Positions 13,901 to 26,600 of a DNA stretch of 64,000 bases are shown here, piece by piece (the stretch's first letter is position 1; every line of letters starts with the position of its first letter). The stretch is from Asterias rubens (taxonomy: Eukaryota): the NCBI RefSeq assembly GCF_902459465.1, contig NC_047072.1:16182001-16246000 (forward strand), written 5' to 3'. Below the pieces are notes generated by a model. It worked only from the letters and a program-made list of their open reading frames with translations, made no database searches and was not told where the DNA came from. The translations under genes and the position numbers were made by a program.

Positions 13901-16900
13901 TAAACAAATAACTCAATGTGTTTGCATTTCAATGCACTATATATATCTGGGCCGAGACACGCATATAGTACAATGTTTATTATAAAAATAGGGGGGAAAG
14001 AATAGAATTTAAAGCAAAGGAGTAAAGTTTAATAAGGAAAATCAAATTGCTATTGATTAAATCTGAACAATTGTTCCTAAATTAAACAAAGTTAATTTAC
14101 TTACGCACAATCTCTTAACACTAATGTAATGTCAAAGGTGTATGAATGAAATTCATGGATAGTTCTTGAAAGCTTCTCCACTTTTTGATCTCAACTGTTT
14201 AGCATGACCACTAATTGACTTAGCTAATGGCAAGCCCTGCTCTTCTACCCCCAGCCTTTCGCCGGAGGGCATATTTTATAAGAAAGCATCGTAGCCTCTT
14301 GCTCAAGGAACCAAAAGCTCCTTGTTATAAAACAGTGCAGTATGTAACACGTGTAGTCGCCCGAAGGACTAGTGCAACTCGCATTCTGGACATACAAGTT
14401 GAATTAAATTGGTAAATTGGGTCTCTTAAGTTGCCAATCATGGACTCACCTCTCTCAATACTGCTTTATCACGGCAACTAGCCTCCAGATAGTCTTCATC
14501 TTTAGAGGATAGCATTTAACTGGGAGCTTTTTAAATGTCATGTAAATAAGAAGAGTGCTTTCGCTTCGGGATAGGGGGTGATGTCCCCTTCATAAATATT
14601 TAAAGAGTAACTTAGTCGACTCTTTTGTCTTCAAATCACATCAAAAGTAGAGAGAGTGTGTGTGAGGTTTTTGTATGAGACCAGAGTGGTGAGAGGTAGA
14701 AATGGGGACCTAATGTACATGGGATGTGGACGTTCATCGATACATCTCAGGGCCAACCCCGAGAAAACATTTAAACACGAAGAGAATTTCCGCGCCAAAA
14801 TATTAAACCTGAATACTTGTTTTCTCTTAGTGCTACGATTTGTTATTGTGGCTAGCGGAGTGGGCAAAGTCGAGATTCAATCAAAAAATACCTCAGATAT
14901 GAATCATATTCCTTTCTGTTTGGCGCACGTGCTAATACGAACGTCTCTCCTTTTCATGTTTTAACTTTGATTGTTCCCTTCTGCTTTGCAGGAGTGAGGA
15001 TTATTGGAAAAGGTAATTGACTTGGTGAAGGAGTGACAAAAACACTCTCATAAACAACCCACCATTCTCTCCAAACAACCACAGTGTTTGGCAATTTTTA
15101 TATTAACATCTTGTCTCCCGTTCCAGGATCTTAGATGCAGGCACAAGAAAGCGGCGCTAAGGAGCACTCTAGTGTTGGGTTTTGTTGTTGCAGCTGTCTG
15201 GGTGTAAAGGAATCTCTGAGATTGTCAGTTGTGGAACTACATAATGACCACAAGGCGGCGTGAGACTGCACTCAATATTCTGGTCACACACCTCCATCAC
15301 ACACTGTTTATTACAAGCCGTATCAATACGCACTGTCCACCTTTCCTTTACTCAGATGTCAAAATAAGTTTCTCTCCTAAGTCGATTGAATGATAATAAG
15401 AAGTGAGGACAATATGATAAGATAAGAATCAAATTTACTCCTTGATCAAAGATTCGATTTATAAATTTGCGCCGAAGATGTCTTAAACCACTTGCCCCTT
15501 TTAACCAAAGTGCATTTTTACGTTGACTATTTATGAACCGGGAGCGATCGTACAGCACCTGGAGCTATCATTTAATTTCAATCAAATCCTTTCAAATGTC
15601 ATCAATCATTTCCAATTTTCTTCACATGATATTTTTATATTTATGACATGTGATAAGGATATCTGATTTCCATAGACGGCGCAAGTCTCTGTGAACAGAT
15701 TAAATTTTACATCTGACTTGTTCTAGGAAAAAAAGAATGACAATACTGTAGATATAGATTGCAGTTTGATATGAAACACTCTATGAAAACGATATTATTG
15801 TTATTAGATTACTTCAACAAGTTTGACAGCGTCATTGCCATGCGCCTTTGAACAGAAATGCTTTGTTTGGAGTTGACGCATTATAAATTTATTTGTATAT
15901 TATGATTATTTTATTTGAGCAAACGACAGTTAAATATTGAAAAGGCAGTTAAATATTTAAATGTTTTTTTTTATGGAGTATAAATTGTATGTATTCGGTA
16001 AATTAAACGGTTATTTTCATAACGCTTTTTACTCGTCACATGAGCCTCCGATGTGGTTCAAAATATTAAAGCTAAAATTAACCATTTTTTGAAAAGGCAG
16101 GAGTTTTTTTATGTGAGGGGCGATTATGAGGGGATTAGCCTAAAGAAAAGCAAAATACACTCGAAGCAAGTAGCCTGCGGTATTTGATATTTTGATATTT
16201 GTTTAAACACCCAACAGCCCAAACGATAATTTAGCATAATGTCTGTGCATGTTTGTCCACCGTGTCTGTGTTTATGAGCAAGGGAGTACGTAGTGTTTGA
16301 TCACCACTCCCTCGTTGCTCGGTATAAATGAAGGCAATTTCCCGCCGTGTTCCGCGACGTGAGACCCCATTGATCAGATGACGATCTACGCTAATTTGCT
16401 GAGCTTCAATGATGACATATGGGCACCTGACAATTTGCATTCGGAAACGGCACGTCACCGTGAGTGAACACTTCTTATTCTGATAGCACGTAGAACCAAG
16501 AAGAGTGTAAAATGAAGAGTGCCGACCACTATGGCAAAAAGTGCAAGCAGAAAAAGAGGGAAACGGTAACCATAGAAACCATGTTGACAACACCTAATCC
16601 TATATCTAGGTCGACCTCAGCTTCTGGCCATCAAACCCACCTTGATATGAACAAGGCTCGCCATTGCTAGATGAAGTTTGGATCCGTAAAGACGTCATAA
16701 CAAGTCCCAGTTGGCAAATATACAAACCATGACCACTCGTCATTAATTTCCGTTGCAGACCAAACACAAGTGAGCAGTAAAGTTTGACATTGTTGAGAAC
16801 CCATCCACTTCAACACATGTAGTTGACAATCGCCAAGAGACACGTTGATACAAAAAAAACTGTATTACTCGTCAAAAAAAATCTCCTGACAAATATGAAA

Positions 16901-17684
16901 TTGAAATGTCAGGAAGAGAATGCCAGCTTTTATTGAGCTCCATGTATTTACGCCGAGTGAACACGGAAATGTAAAGATACATCTGTCATTCAATAAAACT
17001 AATGACATGTCTATGTAAGTTTATTCCGCTTCATCAATAATATGTCACTAGATTTAATTGTCAAACTAGTGTCACACTAAAACTTCAACCAGTGAGCATG
17101 AAAGTATTGCCCCTAAAGTGTTGAACAGCAATTATGTGTAAACAACCAATCAGCGCGTTGTTACTTTGCAGCAGATACCACCGTGTCTGTGATTGGCTGA
17201 AAGTTTGCCTGTGTTGACGCCCGCTTTTAATGTGACGGCAGGCATACGTCAGTTTGTTATTTATAAGTTTACACAAGCATGGATTGAACACAGAATAATA
17301 AGTTTACGAGAATTATTGCAAATTAGCAATCAACAAGAAGAGCTATGATCTCTGTTATGTACAGTGACCTTTTACTTATATATTTAAACTTTACAATTAC
17401 AACTCTCGCATAACAAAATATTTGTTCAAGATCCCATGCAAGCATTTCTTTCTTTAACTGCAGAAGCAAAGAGGAAAGAAGATCTTGTATATTGATCGAG
17501 TAATGGCATGTTAGTTTGATCAGCAGTAATCTAAGGGCAGGAGGGAGCGGATACTTGCTCGAGCTTACTGAATTAGAAAGATTATTGATGTGGTTAGGAT
17601 TTACAGTAGTGGTGGGTTTGTTTAGGACAGTACACCTGTTTGCATGCAACCTGTCTCGTGAACGTGCAACTGAATTATATCACG

Positions 17685-18280
17685 ACACTACTGCATTACT
17701 AACATACTCAACCAAACACTCAAATATCTCACTACCATAGTACACGTCACCGTGGTCCAGTAGTTACTGCAGGTCTTGCAATCACAAGGTTGTGGGTTCG
17801 AATCCTAACCAGGCTAACTTAATTACTGATCGTGCTACACTACTGCATTACTAACATACTCAACCAAACACTCAAATATCTCACTACCATACTACACGTC
17901 ACCGTGGTCCAGTAGTTACTGCAGGTCTTGCAATCACAAGGTTGTGGGTTCGAATCCTACCAGGCTAACTTAATTACTGATCGTGCTACACTACTGCATT
18001 ACTAACATACTCAACCAAACACTCAAATATCTCACTACCATAGTACACGTCACCGTGGTCCAGTAGTTACTGCAGGTCTTGCAGTCACAAGGTTGTGGGT
18101 TCAAATCCTACCAGGCTAACTTAATTACTGATCATTCGACTGCTGCATTTACAAACGGACAACACTAAACTCGTAACTCCAAACTCTCTTTTTAATCCAG
18201 TATGAATCAGCATGGTCTAGTGGTTAGACTGCATGACTTGCAATTACAAGGTTGTGGGTACGAGTTCTACCAGACTAACT
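17685..18280 (+). repeat. Tandem array of tRNA-derived (SINE-head-like) modules: 3 near-identical units of about 151 bp plus 1 diverged unit
   Basis: Units start at 17685, 17837 and 17988. Each has an A-box-like TGGTCCAGTAG (17753-63), a B box GGTTCGAATCC (17795-17805; GGTTCAAATCC in unit 3) and a T-arm GTGGG/CCTAC. The diverged copy near 18205-18280 has a GTCT/AGAC D-stem. Confidence 0.85.
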
Positions 18281-18396
18281 GCTAGCTTCACGGCGAATAA
18301 AATGCCATGTATAGTTACCGATTCACAATTCTGAAATTCATAACCATTTCAACCAATGTTTGTATGAGAAAGATCTACATAGCTTGCCAATTACAT

Positions 18397-18586
18397 NNNN
18401 NNNNNNNNNNNNNNNNNNNNNNNNNNNNNNNNNNNNNNNNNNNNNNNNNNNNNNNNNNNNNNNNNNNNNNNNNNNNNNNNNNNNNNNNNNNNNNNNNNNN
18501 NNNNNNNNNNNNNNNNNNNNNNNNNNNNNNNNNNNNNNNNNNNNNNNNNNNNNNNNNNNNNNNNNNNNNNNNNNNNNNNNNNNNNN
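18397..18586. other. Assembly gap (190 N)
   Basis: Run of N in the sequence. Confidence 1.
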
Positions 18587-19234
18587 AAAGTATACTTTGA
18601 ACAAAGCAGAAAGATCATGTCCGTGTACATGTACAAGTTACTTTGCAGACTTTTCTCTGTCGCAGTATTATTCGCAGGTGCATATTGTTTGAATTTGTTT
18701 GCCCAAAGGTTTTTAAAGATTTCTAAACTTAAGTCCATATTCCATCCAAAAAATCTAACCGAGAATTCCAAATGCTCATCTATTGACTGTAATGTTTTTA
18801 ATAGTTGATAAAAATGTCGAATGAGTATTTTTACCCTACGGAAACCCTAACGATGAACAAACATGTATAGAATCAGAGTGAATGGGATATTTCTGTTGTC
18901 ACCTGCATGGTCTACTGAATGGAAGAATTTGATAGGAATCTTGGTGTAGTCACGAACGCTAATTTCAATATGTCACTCAGTGACTCAATATAATTGCTGG
19001 TATTAGAAGCTTTCATGCTATGAATCCCGTTCACTTCAACACGCAGCATCAAGTGAGAAATCAAGTAAATATGATCGCTCTTTCCACATGAGGTACTCGC
19101 AGATAAACACAACTCGCAGCACTATAATCAAATTAATAATATCGTAGTACGAGTGCAGGTTTGAATGAATGCACGTTGGATCGCAAAGCGAACATTTATG
19201 TTTTTCTAATCAGCTTTAAATCCCGAATAAGAAG

Positions 19235-19296
19235 AAGCTAATTAAAGCGAAATATAAGAACTTCTAAAGTTCTTTTTGTTTCGCTTTAATTAGCTT
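19235..19296. repeat. Isolated imperfect inverted repeat with arms of about 28 bp
   Basis: AAGCTAATTAAAGCGAAATATAAGAACT-TCTAA-AGTTCTTTTTGTTTCGCTTTAATTAGCTT. Confidence 0.8.
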
Positions 19297-19354
19297 TTAA
19301 TTACCAATTTTGTGCAGTGCCTTCAAGGATAACTAAACATTAATTGTCTTTGGA

Positions 19355-19718
19355 ATGCACTGGACACTATTGGTAATTACTCAAAATATGTATTAGTATA
19401 CATAAACTGACTATAAGTAACGATCAATGGAGAGACGTTGATAGCATAAAACATTGTAAGAAACGGCTCCCTCTGAAGTGACGTAGATTTTGAGAAAGAG
19501 ACAATGCCTCACTCAAGTTTGAAACTGAGAAGGACTTCTGGCCTGAAGCCTCTCTCAGGCATCTGAAAGCACAACATTGAAATTGTGTTCAGCAAGAGTG
19601 TTTTTTCTTTCATCAATTTCTTGCAAATTCGATTAGCAATTGGCCCCAAGTTTGTACAGAGTTGTTATTGTATGCATAAGTGAAAATACTGGTCTTTGGC
19701 AATTGTGCACAGTGCCTT
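19355..19718. mobile_element. Kolobok-type MITE family 1 copy
   Basis: ATGCACTGGACACTATTGGTAATTAC ... CACAGTGCCT(T)TTAA. Contains a single-copy equivalent of the 43-bp satellite unit (GGCCTGAAGCCTCTCTCAGGCATCTGAAAGCACA). Confidence 0.85.
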
Positions 19719-20527
19719 TTAAACATCAAAAGGTAATAACTGCTTCCGTAATACAACATATAAGACAAGAACAACTCGTCAGTTAATATTATGGATTTTC
19801 TTCTTCTAGGTTGAAGCTTGTTACAAAGGTTATGGAAAGTCAGCGCTGGGCTAATTTGAACAAGGTCTACAGTGATCCATCATACCGGATGATCTTAGGG
19901 CGGAGCGACCCCGGGGAAGCCCGAGTCTGCGCAGTGGTAAACGAGACACGTTATTGCGCGGCAAACCACTCGCATCAATCTCTAAAAGGCTAGCGACAAG
20001 GGAACTCCAACGTCAAATGAAAAGAGCAGTAGTGGTTTCAATGGGTTACTGTCAACTCATGATCTGCAAGGCGTTCTCTAAACATAAAAAGTTGGCGGTG
20101 TCTGTTCTTCACACTCTACAAAACAAAGCACATGGATGTGTTTCTATACAAGTTTGATTGATAGTAGAGATTTTGAAACAACTTTTCCGATTCTTCTCAT
20201 CTCTCATCTTGATGCCTTCTCATCATTGAACATACTATCATCATCGCGATGTGACATTCACCAAATGTTTTTGAATTCCTCACACGCTCTATGATTGATC
20301 CAGGGTTATGTGATGTGAATGTGGAGTCAGTGAATTCGAACTACACCGATAGTCAAGTATCAGTGTGTTTACTGCTTAGAACTCAGCCTGCTTGGATGGA
20401 CAAGTGCAGTGTTTTCAGTAGACATAACACTAAATCTACACCCTGAAAGTAAATGTTGGTTGACTGCGTCCGAAATCGGCACTAACGCATCCCGCATCTG
20501 TGATTTGAGACTAGTTATAGGTCCATC

Positions 20528-21919
20528 ATGGATGCAACTATCCCGCTCATTTGCAGCTTTCATATTCTAGTTTTTCTGATCGGCGTACCGGGAAATCTTC
20601 TTATCCTGCAAGTTTTTGTCAAGAAAACCCGAAAGACTAGTACCAATGTTTTCATAATGGCATTGGCGTCCGTAGACCTTATGGCATGTCTTTTGAGACC
20701 AGTGTTTGTGGGAAACAACATGGTACTTGTTGTAACGGGAGAGTATCCCTCAATATGGAGTGAAATCATTTATTACGTTTTAACTTATACCACTATTTAT
20801 AGCTCGACAATTTTAACTGCAGCAATTGCATTCGACCGCTACGATGCCGTATGTAGACCACATACTCGACTCCTAACATACTTTGGGGCACAAGTTGTTG
20901 CGGTGTGTTGCTGCGTTGTATCTTTACCAATGACTGTACCAACTGTCTTGATGTATTTTAGGCCAACATTAGCAGTTCGTCTGTCGAGACATTGTCTTTC
21001 TTTATCAACATACATCATCTCTCTTCTACTTGTAATCATCTTTTACATCTGTGTCTATAAAGCTGTTTTGTATCGCACCAAAGTACGGACCAAGTGGGGA
21101 CGCTTTACCGGTGTTACGGCAGCCGTGGAGAACTCGGTGTCCGTAGCCGGACAAACAGAAGTTTCAACTTTAGCAGCAGCTACAAGAGACATAAGTAAAC
21201 TGAGTCCAGTTACTGAACAATGCGCACTTCAGGATGTGAACCATGGACAGAGTGATACGCAGTTTGATTCCAAACCAAACCAGACATCATCTCCAACTGA
21301 TTTGGAAATCGTGAGTTTGAAAGACAATAAACAGTCGGTAGTTTACCGAAACCTTGGTACAAATGAAGGACCCTCGAATGCCCAAAACCCCCCAAGTTAT
21401 TCCTCCCTATCTCCTGAGATCCAAGAAACATCTTCAAGTGCGGTGAGTGAAAATCTTAAAGTTCCAATTTCTCCTCAGATATCAGGGTGTGGTACCTCGA
21501 CGTCAGCAACGAATAGCTCTACCAAGAGACAACGGTCACCAAGCGAGAGAGTCAAATCCTCTAAAAGTATCGCAGTAAGGATGCAAAATAAAACCACTAG
21601 AATGCTTCTAATTACTACCATTGTGTTCTTCGTAACTTGGATCCCATACATGTGTTTAGCTTCTATCAGCATTTATCACATGGTTGCCCAAGTTGAACCT
21701 AACAAAACTTTAATGAGTTTTTTCTCCACGGCATCTCATCTTCTATTAATTAATAACGCAGGAAACCCATTTATTTATGTACTCGCAAATAGACAGTTCC
21801 GAAATGACTGTCAGCGGGAGGTACGTCGATTAGCGCGCATAATTCAACCTTGCTGTAGATGTTTCATGTGTTCTCCATTAGTCAATATGATCAGACGTTG
21901 TGGCAATACTACTGTCTAA
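20528..21919 (+). CDS. Intronless class A (rhodopsin-like) orphan GPCR, 463 aa
   Basis: Seven hydrophobic segments with class A motifs: GN (TM1), LASVD (TM2), DRY (res. 103-105), TWIP (TM6), NPFIY (TM7), helix-8 FR and a Cys-rich C-tail. Long Ser/Thr-rich ICL3. The ligand and subfamily cannot be assigned from sequence alone. Confidence 0.95.
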   Translation: MDATIPLICSFHILVFLIGVPGNLLILQVFVKKTRKTSTNVFIMALASVDLMACLLRPVFVGNNMVLVVTGEYPSIWSEIIYYVLTYTTIYSSTILTAAIAFDRYDAVCRPHTRLLTYFGAQVVAVCCCVVSLPMTVPTVLMYFRPTLAVRLSRHCLSLSTYIISLLLVIIFYICVYKAVLYRTKVRTKWGRFTGVTAAVENSVSVAGQTEVSTLAAATRDISKLSPVTEQCALQDVNHGQSDTQFDSKPNQTSSPTDLEIVSLKDNKQSVVYRNLGTNEGPSNAQNPPSYSSLSPEIQETSSSAVSENLKVPISPQISGCGTSTSATNSSTKRQRSPSERVKSSKSIAVRMQNKTTRMLLITTIVFFVTWIPYMCLASISIYHMVAQVEPNKTLMSFFSTASHLLLINNAGNPFIYVLANRQFRNDCQREVRRLARIIQPCCRCFMCSPLVNMIRRCGNTTV

Positions 21920-22202
21920 GGTCCAAATGTCACACCAGGCAATTTACAGGCAACTAGTTACAGACAATCTCTATGGAAAAAAAAACATAGAAAAAAAAGA
22001 CTTTGCTATAGGGTCAAAACGTCAGGCCATTACAACATTTGAGCGTTTATCATAGGTCATTCTTTGGTTGGTAAGCAGTTAAAGACAGCTAATTATATTT
22101 ATTTAAAAAAATCACATTTCAATGTTCACATATTTGTTGCTGTTGATCGCAAGAGATTGTTGTTCGAAGATTGAGTCGTGTGCTACAAAAGTAATCCTTT
22201 AA

Positions 22203-22570
22203 GCCAGTACACTATTGGTAATTGTCAAAGACCAGTCTTCTCACTTGGTGTATCTCAACATATGCATAAAATAACAAACCTGTGAAAAATTTGAGCTCGA
22301 TTGGTTGTCGGGGTTGCGAGATAACTATAAAAGAAGAAAAAACACCCTTGTCACACGAAGTTGTGTGCTTTCAGATGCTTGATTCCGAGACCTCAAATTC
22401 TAAACTTGAGGTCTATAAATAAAATTCATGGAAAATTACTTCTTTCTCGAAAACTATGTCACTTCAGAGGGTGCCGTTTCTCACAATGTTATTTTACTCC
22501 CCATTACTCGTTTAAACCAAGGAAGGTTTTAATAATTATTTTGAGGAATTACCAATAGTGTCCACTGCCT
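22203..22570. mobile_element. Kolobok-type MITE family 1 copy (subfamily with the GAGACCTC...GAGGTCTC central hairpin)
   Basis: TTAA at 22199-22202 and 22571-74. TIR ...TACACTATTGGTAATT / AATTACCAATAGTGTCCACTGCCT. Confidence 0.88.
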
Positions 22571-23483
22571 TTAAGCATGCTTTAAGCATGCTCTGCAGTT
22601 GGTTGCCTGTAAAAGTTGCTTGGTTTGAAGGCCCTTATCTTTGGAGAAATACGGTTGGATGATTCAACACGGCACTGGTTCATTGCATTCGATTAGGCAA
22701 GGTACAAGTATGCAAAGTGACATTAAATGTGCGATATTGTTATAAAGCAAGCATGTATTATCAAATGTGTATTGATAAAAAGGAACTTTTTTTTCATGTA
22801 AAAGAAATGGTTAAACTTTTGTGAGTTATTTCATTAGACGTAGACAACGTGGACATCAAGATCTGTAGTTCCTTTCAGTTTAAAAACAAAATGTCAATGC
22901 TCTCCAATAATTGTTTTTCATAAGTTTTTGTTTTAGTTGTCGTTGTTTGCCCTAAGGTTTTAGATATTGTTACAAATCTTGTAGCATAGTTTTTAGATTT
23001 TTCTATGAAATATTTCGTTACTTCGCTTTAATTTTGTGTTTTGAGAAACTGAAAATCGTTATCGCGTTGTGGTCAATCAATAGGATGCAAAGTGCAGGAG
23101 TTGCCACGATGTAGACAACCATGTCCCAAGGGGTTAATGCTTCTAGGGTTAGAATACTATCCATTGAAAAGTGCAATCAAATAATCATGACCAAGGCTCT
23201 GTACTACTAGTCTCTATATAGTTTGAATATATCATTCCTTTTTATGAGAATAAACATGGAGTATTTAATGGTACGTGTTTGAAAGCTGTATATATTACAA
23301 GAATGCATGTTTATAATTTAGTAGTGACTAGCATTGGTAATAACTGTAATATAAATAATACACGTCGTCCAACTCCAATTGGAGCAATTTATTTCAGGTG
23401 TAGTATTCGTTGGTTCACCCAATAGTGTCACGTGATATGTTGCCGAGCAGTGCGGTAGTAATTCCGTGATGGGTAATGATCAT

Positions 23484-23682
23484 GGCCCAATTTCACAGAG
23501 CTGCTTAAGCAGAAATTATTGCCTAAAAAGTATTTGCAAAGCAGAAATGAGCAGGATACCAGTCACACATTGTACATGTGACATTGTAGTTTGACTGGTA
23601 ATCTTATTCTGGTAAGCATAATGTTGTTGTGGTTAGCTAGTTTTAGTTTTGTCGTGCTTAAGCAGCTCTATGAAAATGGACC
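23484..23682. mobile_element. Harbinger-type MITE, about 200-bp family
   Basis: GGCCCAATTTCACAGAGCTGCTTAAGC ... GCTTAAGCAGCTCTATGAAAATGGACC followed by CAG. Related copies at 33434-33625 and 34450-34640. Confidence 0.8.
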
Positions 23683-26600
23683 CAGACTAATTCAACCATA
23701 GCAGTTTAGGGTCATTACAGTTCTGCATTATAAAGAATAATATAGTATCGCTTTCTATGTGTCCTGTAAATAAGCTAAGAATTGTAAACAGAAAAAAATG
23801 TATAATGCACAACAAACATATTTCTGTACTCGCTCTGTGGTGTGTAAATAAAATTACTTATGGGGCCAATGTAGATAGATTCTTATGTATTAAGAATCAC
23901 GTGACAATGTGCCTATATATATAATAGGAGTTGGGAAACATTCAATAACGTACAAGAAATTGTTAGTTTCTGTGTTAGTCATTTACCATGTATATATCTC
24001 GGTCATAGTAAACACATGCCATGTAAAGACAAAGGAATCAGACATCGTTGTGGGCTATGTGTCTAAAATCAAATGAAGGCACCAGACGCATTCATACATT
24101 CCGGTATGAAAATATTAATACTATGTCATCAAAGAAAGTAATTATCTTATTAATATGATAAATATATATCTTTTCATGATTTAAAAGATATATTCTACTT
24201 TCATTTTAATTAAACTACTGAGTAATTCTGTGTGCTGTAGACCATTTGATGTGTATAAAAAAAGAACTATAAAGTTCCGTGACGTACCATAATTTGCATA
24301 ATAATTAAATATAACCCCAAAGCGTTCTCAAGAAACCTTTGAAAACGAACTGGAAAACAAGAAAATACAAGCAACAAATCCCGAGCTGAAGGGTGCCACT
24401 ATTTGTGTATAAAGCTATAGGGGTGACAGAAACAACAAGTGTGGTATATATTCAAATATTAAACGTAACACAGGTATATATAACAAAAGTGTTGTCGTTT
24501 TTCAACATAGAGCATACTTTGTATGTCGACATTGTGTGAAACATCCGCAAATGTTTGTTCTTAATGTTGTAGTCTTTTTCCAGTTTTCAAACCGCAAATT
24601 TAAAAGTCCTTTTCAAATGCAGATAGAGAAACAGTCTATGTCTATCTAGGGTTTATTTCTATAGATGCATACTCAGTTCTAGATTATTATTCCATTTATA
24701 ACTCCAGACGAATATTACAAATAATGCACGATATAGACAATACTTTTAGTTTGAGAAATATGGACGGTTTTGGAGTATTTTGAAAATCAGAATATTATGT
24801 GCATTAATGGAAAGTAATTTAATCTCAGCATTTGTAAATACTTGTTTTTGTCATTTCGAGGATAAGCACTATGGAGGGGAATTCCAATCAACTGGGTGTA
24901 TATTTAAAAAATATTTGAAGTAATAGTTGAAGGTAATCAATGTTAATCTCATGTAATTATTTAATTCCAACAAATCTCTGCAGTGCGTTGAAGTAAATTA
25001 GTATTTTCCGTGTATATACCAATGTTTTAATTATGTGTTATATAAAAGTTAATGTTGGCTTTTAATGTACATCTTATTGTTCGTCTTGAGGTCCCCAATG
25101 AGGTCATTACATTGGAATTAAGCAATTAACTATGGCATCTGGTGAGCCTGTAATACAACTTCCCCCTACTTTGTTTTCCTTGCTTACAAACCAAATTGAA
25201 TTATACAGCAAGTAAATTTACGAGTGGACAGACAAAAAGGGGCAACATCCTTCAGAACATTTTATTATAAGGAAACGAAATGTCAGAGGAAGGCGGTTTA
25301 AGGTGGACACAAAATGCCAAGGATGGGTTGTGAGAGTAATGCTCTTACCCAAGCCCCTAAGAAACAAAGTACGTGCAGGAAAGATTGGAAAGAGGTATTC
25401 TCTAGGGATGGATGATACATGTAAGACGAATGTTTGATCCAGTATGCTCTCATCGCGGTTCTATTGTGCTCAATTATTCACTTCAACCCATTTCGTTCTT
25501 CATTAGAAAACCTTGAATTAAGCTTTCCGAATCCCTAGCACCCTTTGCTTTCTACCGATACAAATGTCATTAAATCTGCTGCCTGACTTCGCTACAATCT
25601 GGGAGAATGCACGCCTCCCTTTACACGTTGACTGCTAGATACCATGGTCGAGTAAATTCCGTTAAGTATCAATCTCAAGACATGACAGGAAGACGATGAC
25701 GTCACAGACATCAATAGACTGGTCACACTTAAAACGAAAGATACAGACAATACAAAGACAACGACTAAGGAAATCAAGACACAGGGGACAATACTTGGAC
25801 TACATGCATTCAATTATGTCCCTAACTTTCTTGAAATTTAGACCTGGTATCACTTTAAGTAGGTCAAGAAATGGACTAAGTCCAGATAACTTCAGATTTT
25901 AATCTTTAAAGTGTTTTGAGTTTTGTGACAATCAATTTAAAACAAAATTCAGTTACTTGACATGACGGACAACACATCGATATTTTCCGAAGACATTGGA
26001 CGAAGACAAGACAAGACACGACTTCTCCTAGCTTTCTTTCTTTTGGGTTCACACGAAAGGTATTAGACATTGTTATTTAAAGACAAGCAACACAATCAAG
26101 CTATGGGTTTTTTATTTCATATCTCATGGCAATGACTCAAGATGGAAAGCTATAAGACTGTAGTCCAAAGAGCCAGTACAGCCATAGTCGAAGCCAAAGC
26201 CAATTAACCATTCAATCAATGGCTTCGTACGTTTATAAGAGCAATATAGGGAATCCAAATGTTTGTTTTTTTTTAGCTATAGACATAAAGAAGTGATTGG
26301 TACAAATCGAACCGGTTTACCGTTACGATCCGTGGTTTCGGGTATGGCTTTATAAAAGATCCCAAGTTCCACCAAGACACTCTACCAAAACTACCAGTAC
26401 TCCTAGTAGTAAAGACACAATTATGGTAGCATGCCATCGTTAAACTAGTATCACGCCTCTTGGGTGTTAAAGCACTTTAATATTCGATCAATATAATAAT
26501 AAGAGTCAGGGTGTATGACCGCTTGGTCATTGCATTAATAACGTTTTATGACGACAATGTTGACATACAATGGTCGACTGACTAACTGATGACTGTACAA

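Noticed and set aside
16650-16800. Minus-strand peptide WFVYLPTGTCYDVFTD resembling a GH31 VYLPxGxWYD motif
   Set aside because: Isolated, stop-bounded, with no convincing splice sites or neighbouring exons; the match is too short.
17745-17812. Functional tRNA-Ala(UGC) genes
   Set aside because: The acceptor and anticodon stems do not pair; only the boxes and T-arm are tRNA-like.
18307-18771. ORFs of 88-126 aa in the track
   Set aside because: Artefacts of translating through the N gap.
21975-22035. GGTCAAAACGTCAGG hammerhead-like remnant after the GPCR stop
   Set aside because: The CUGANGA core and stem I are absent; too degenerate to call.
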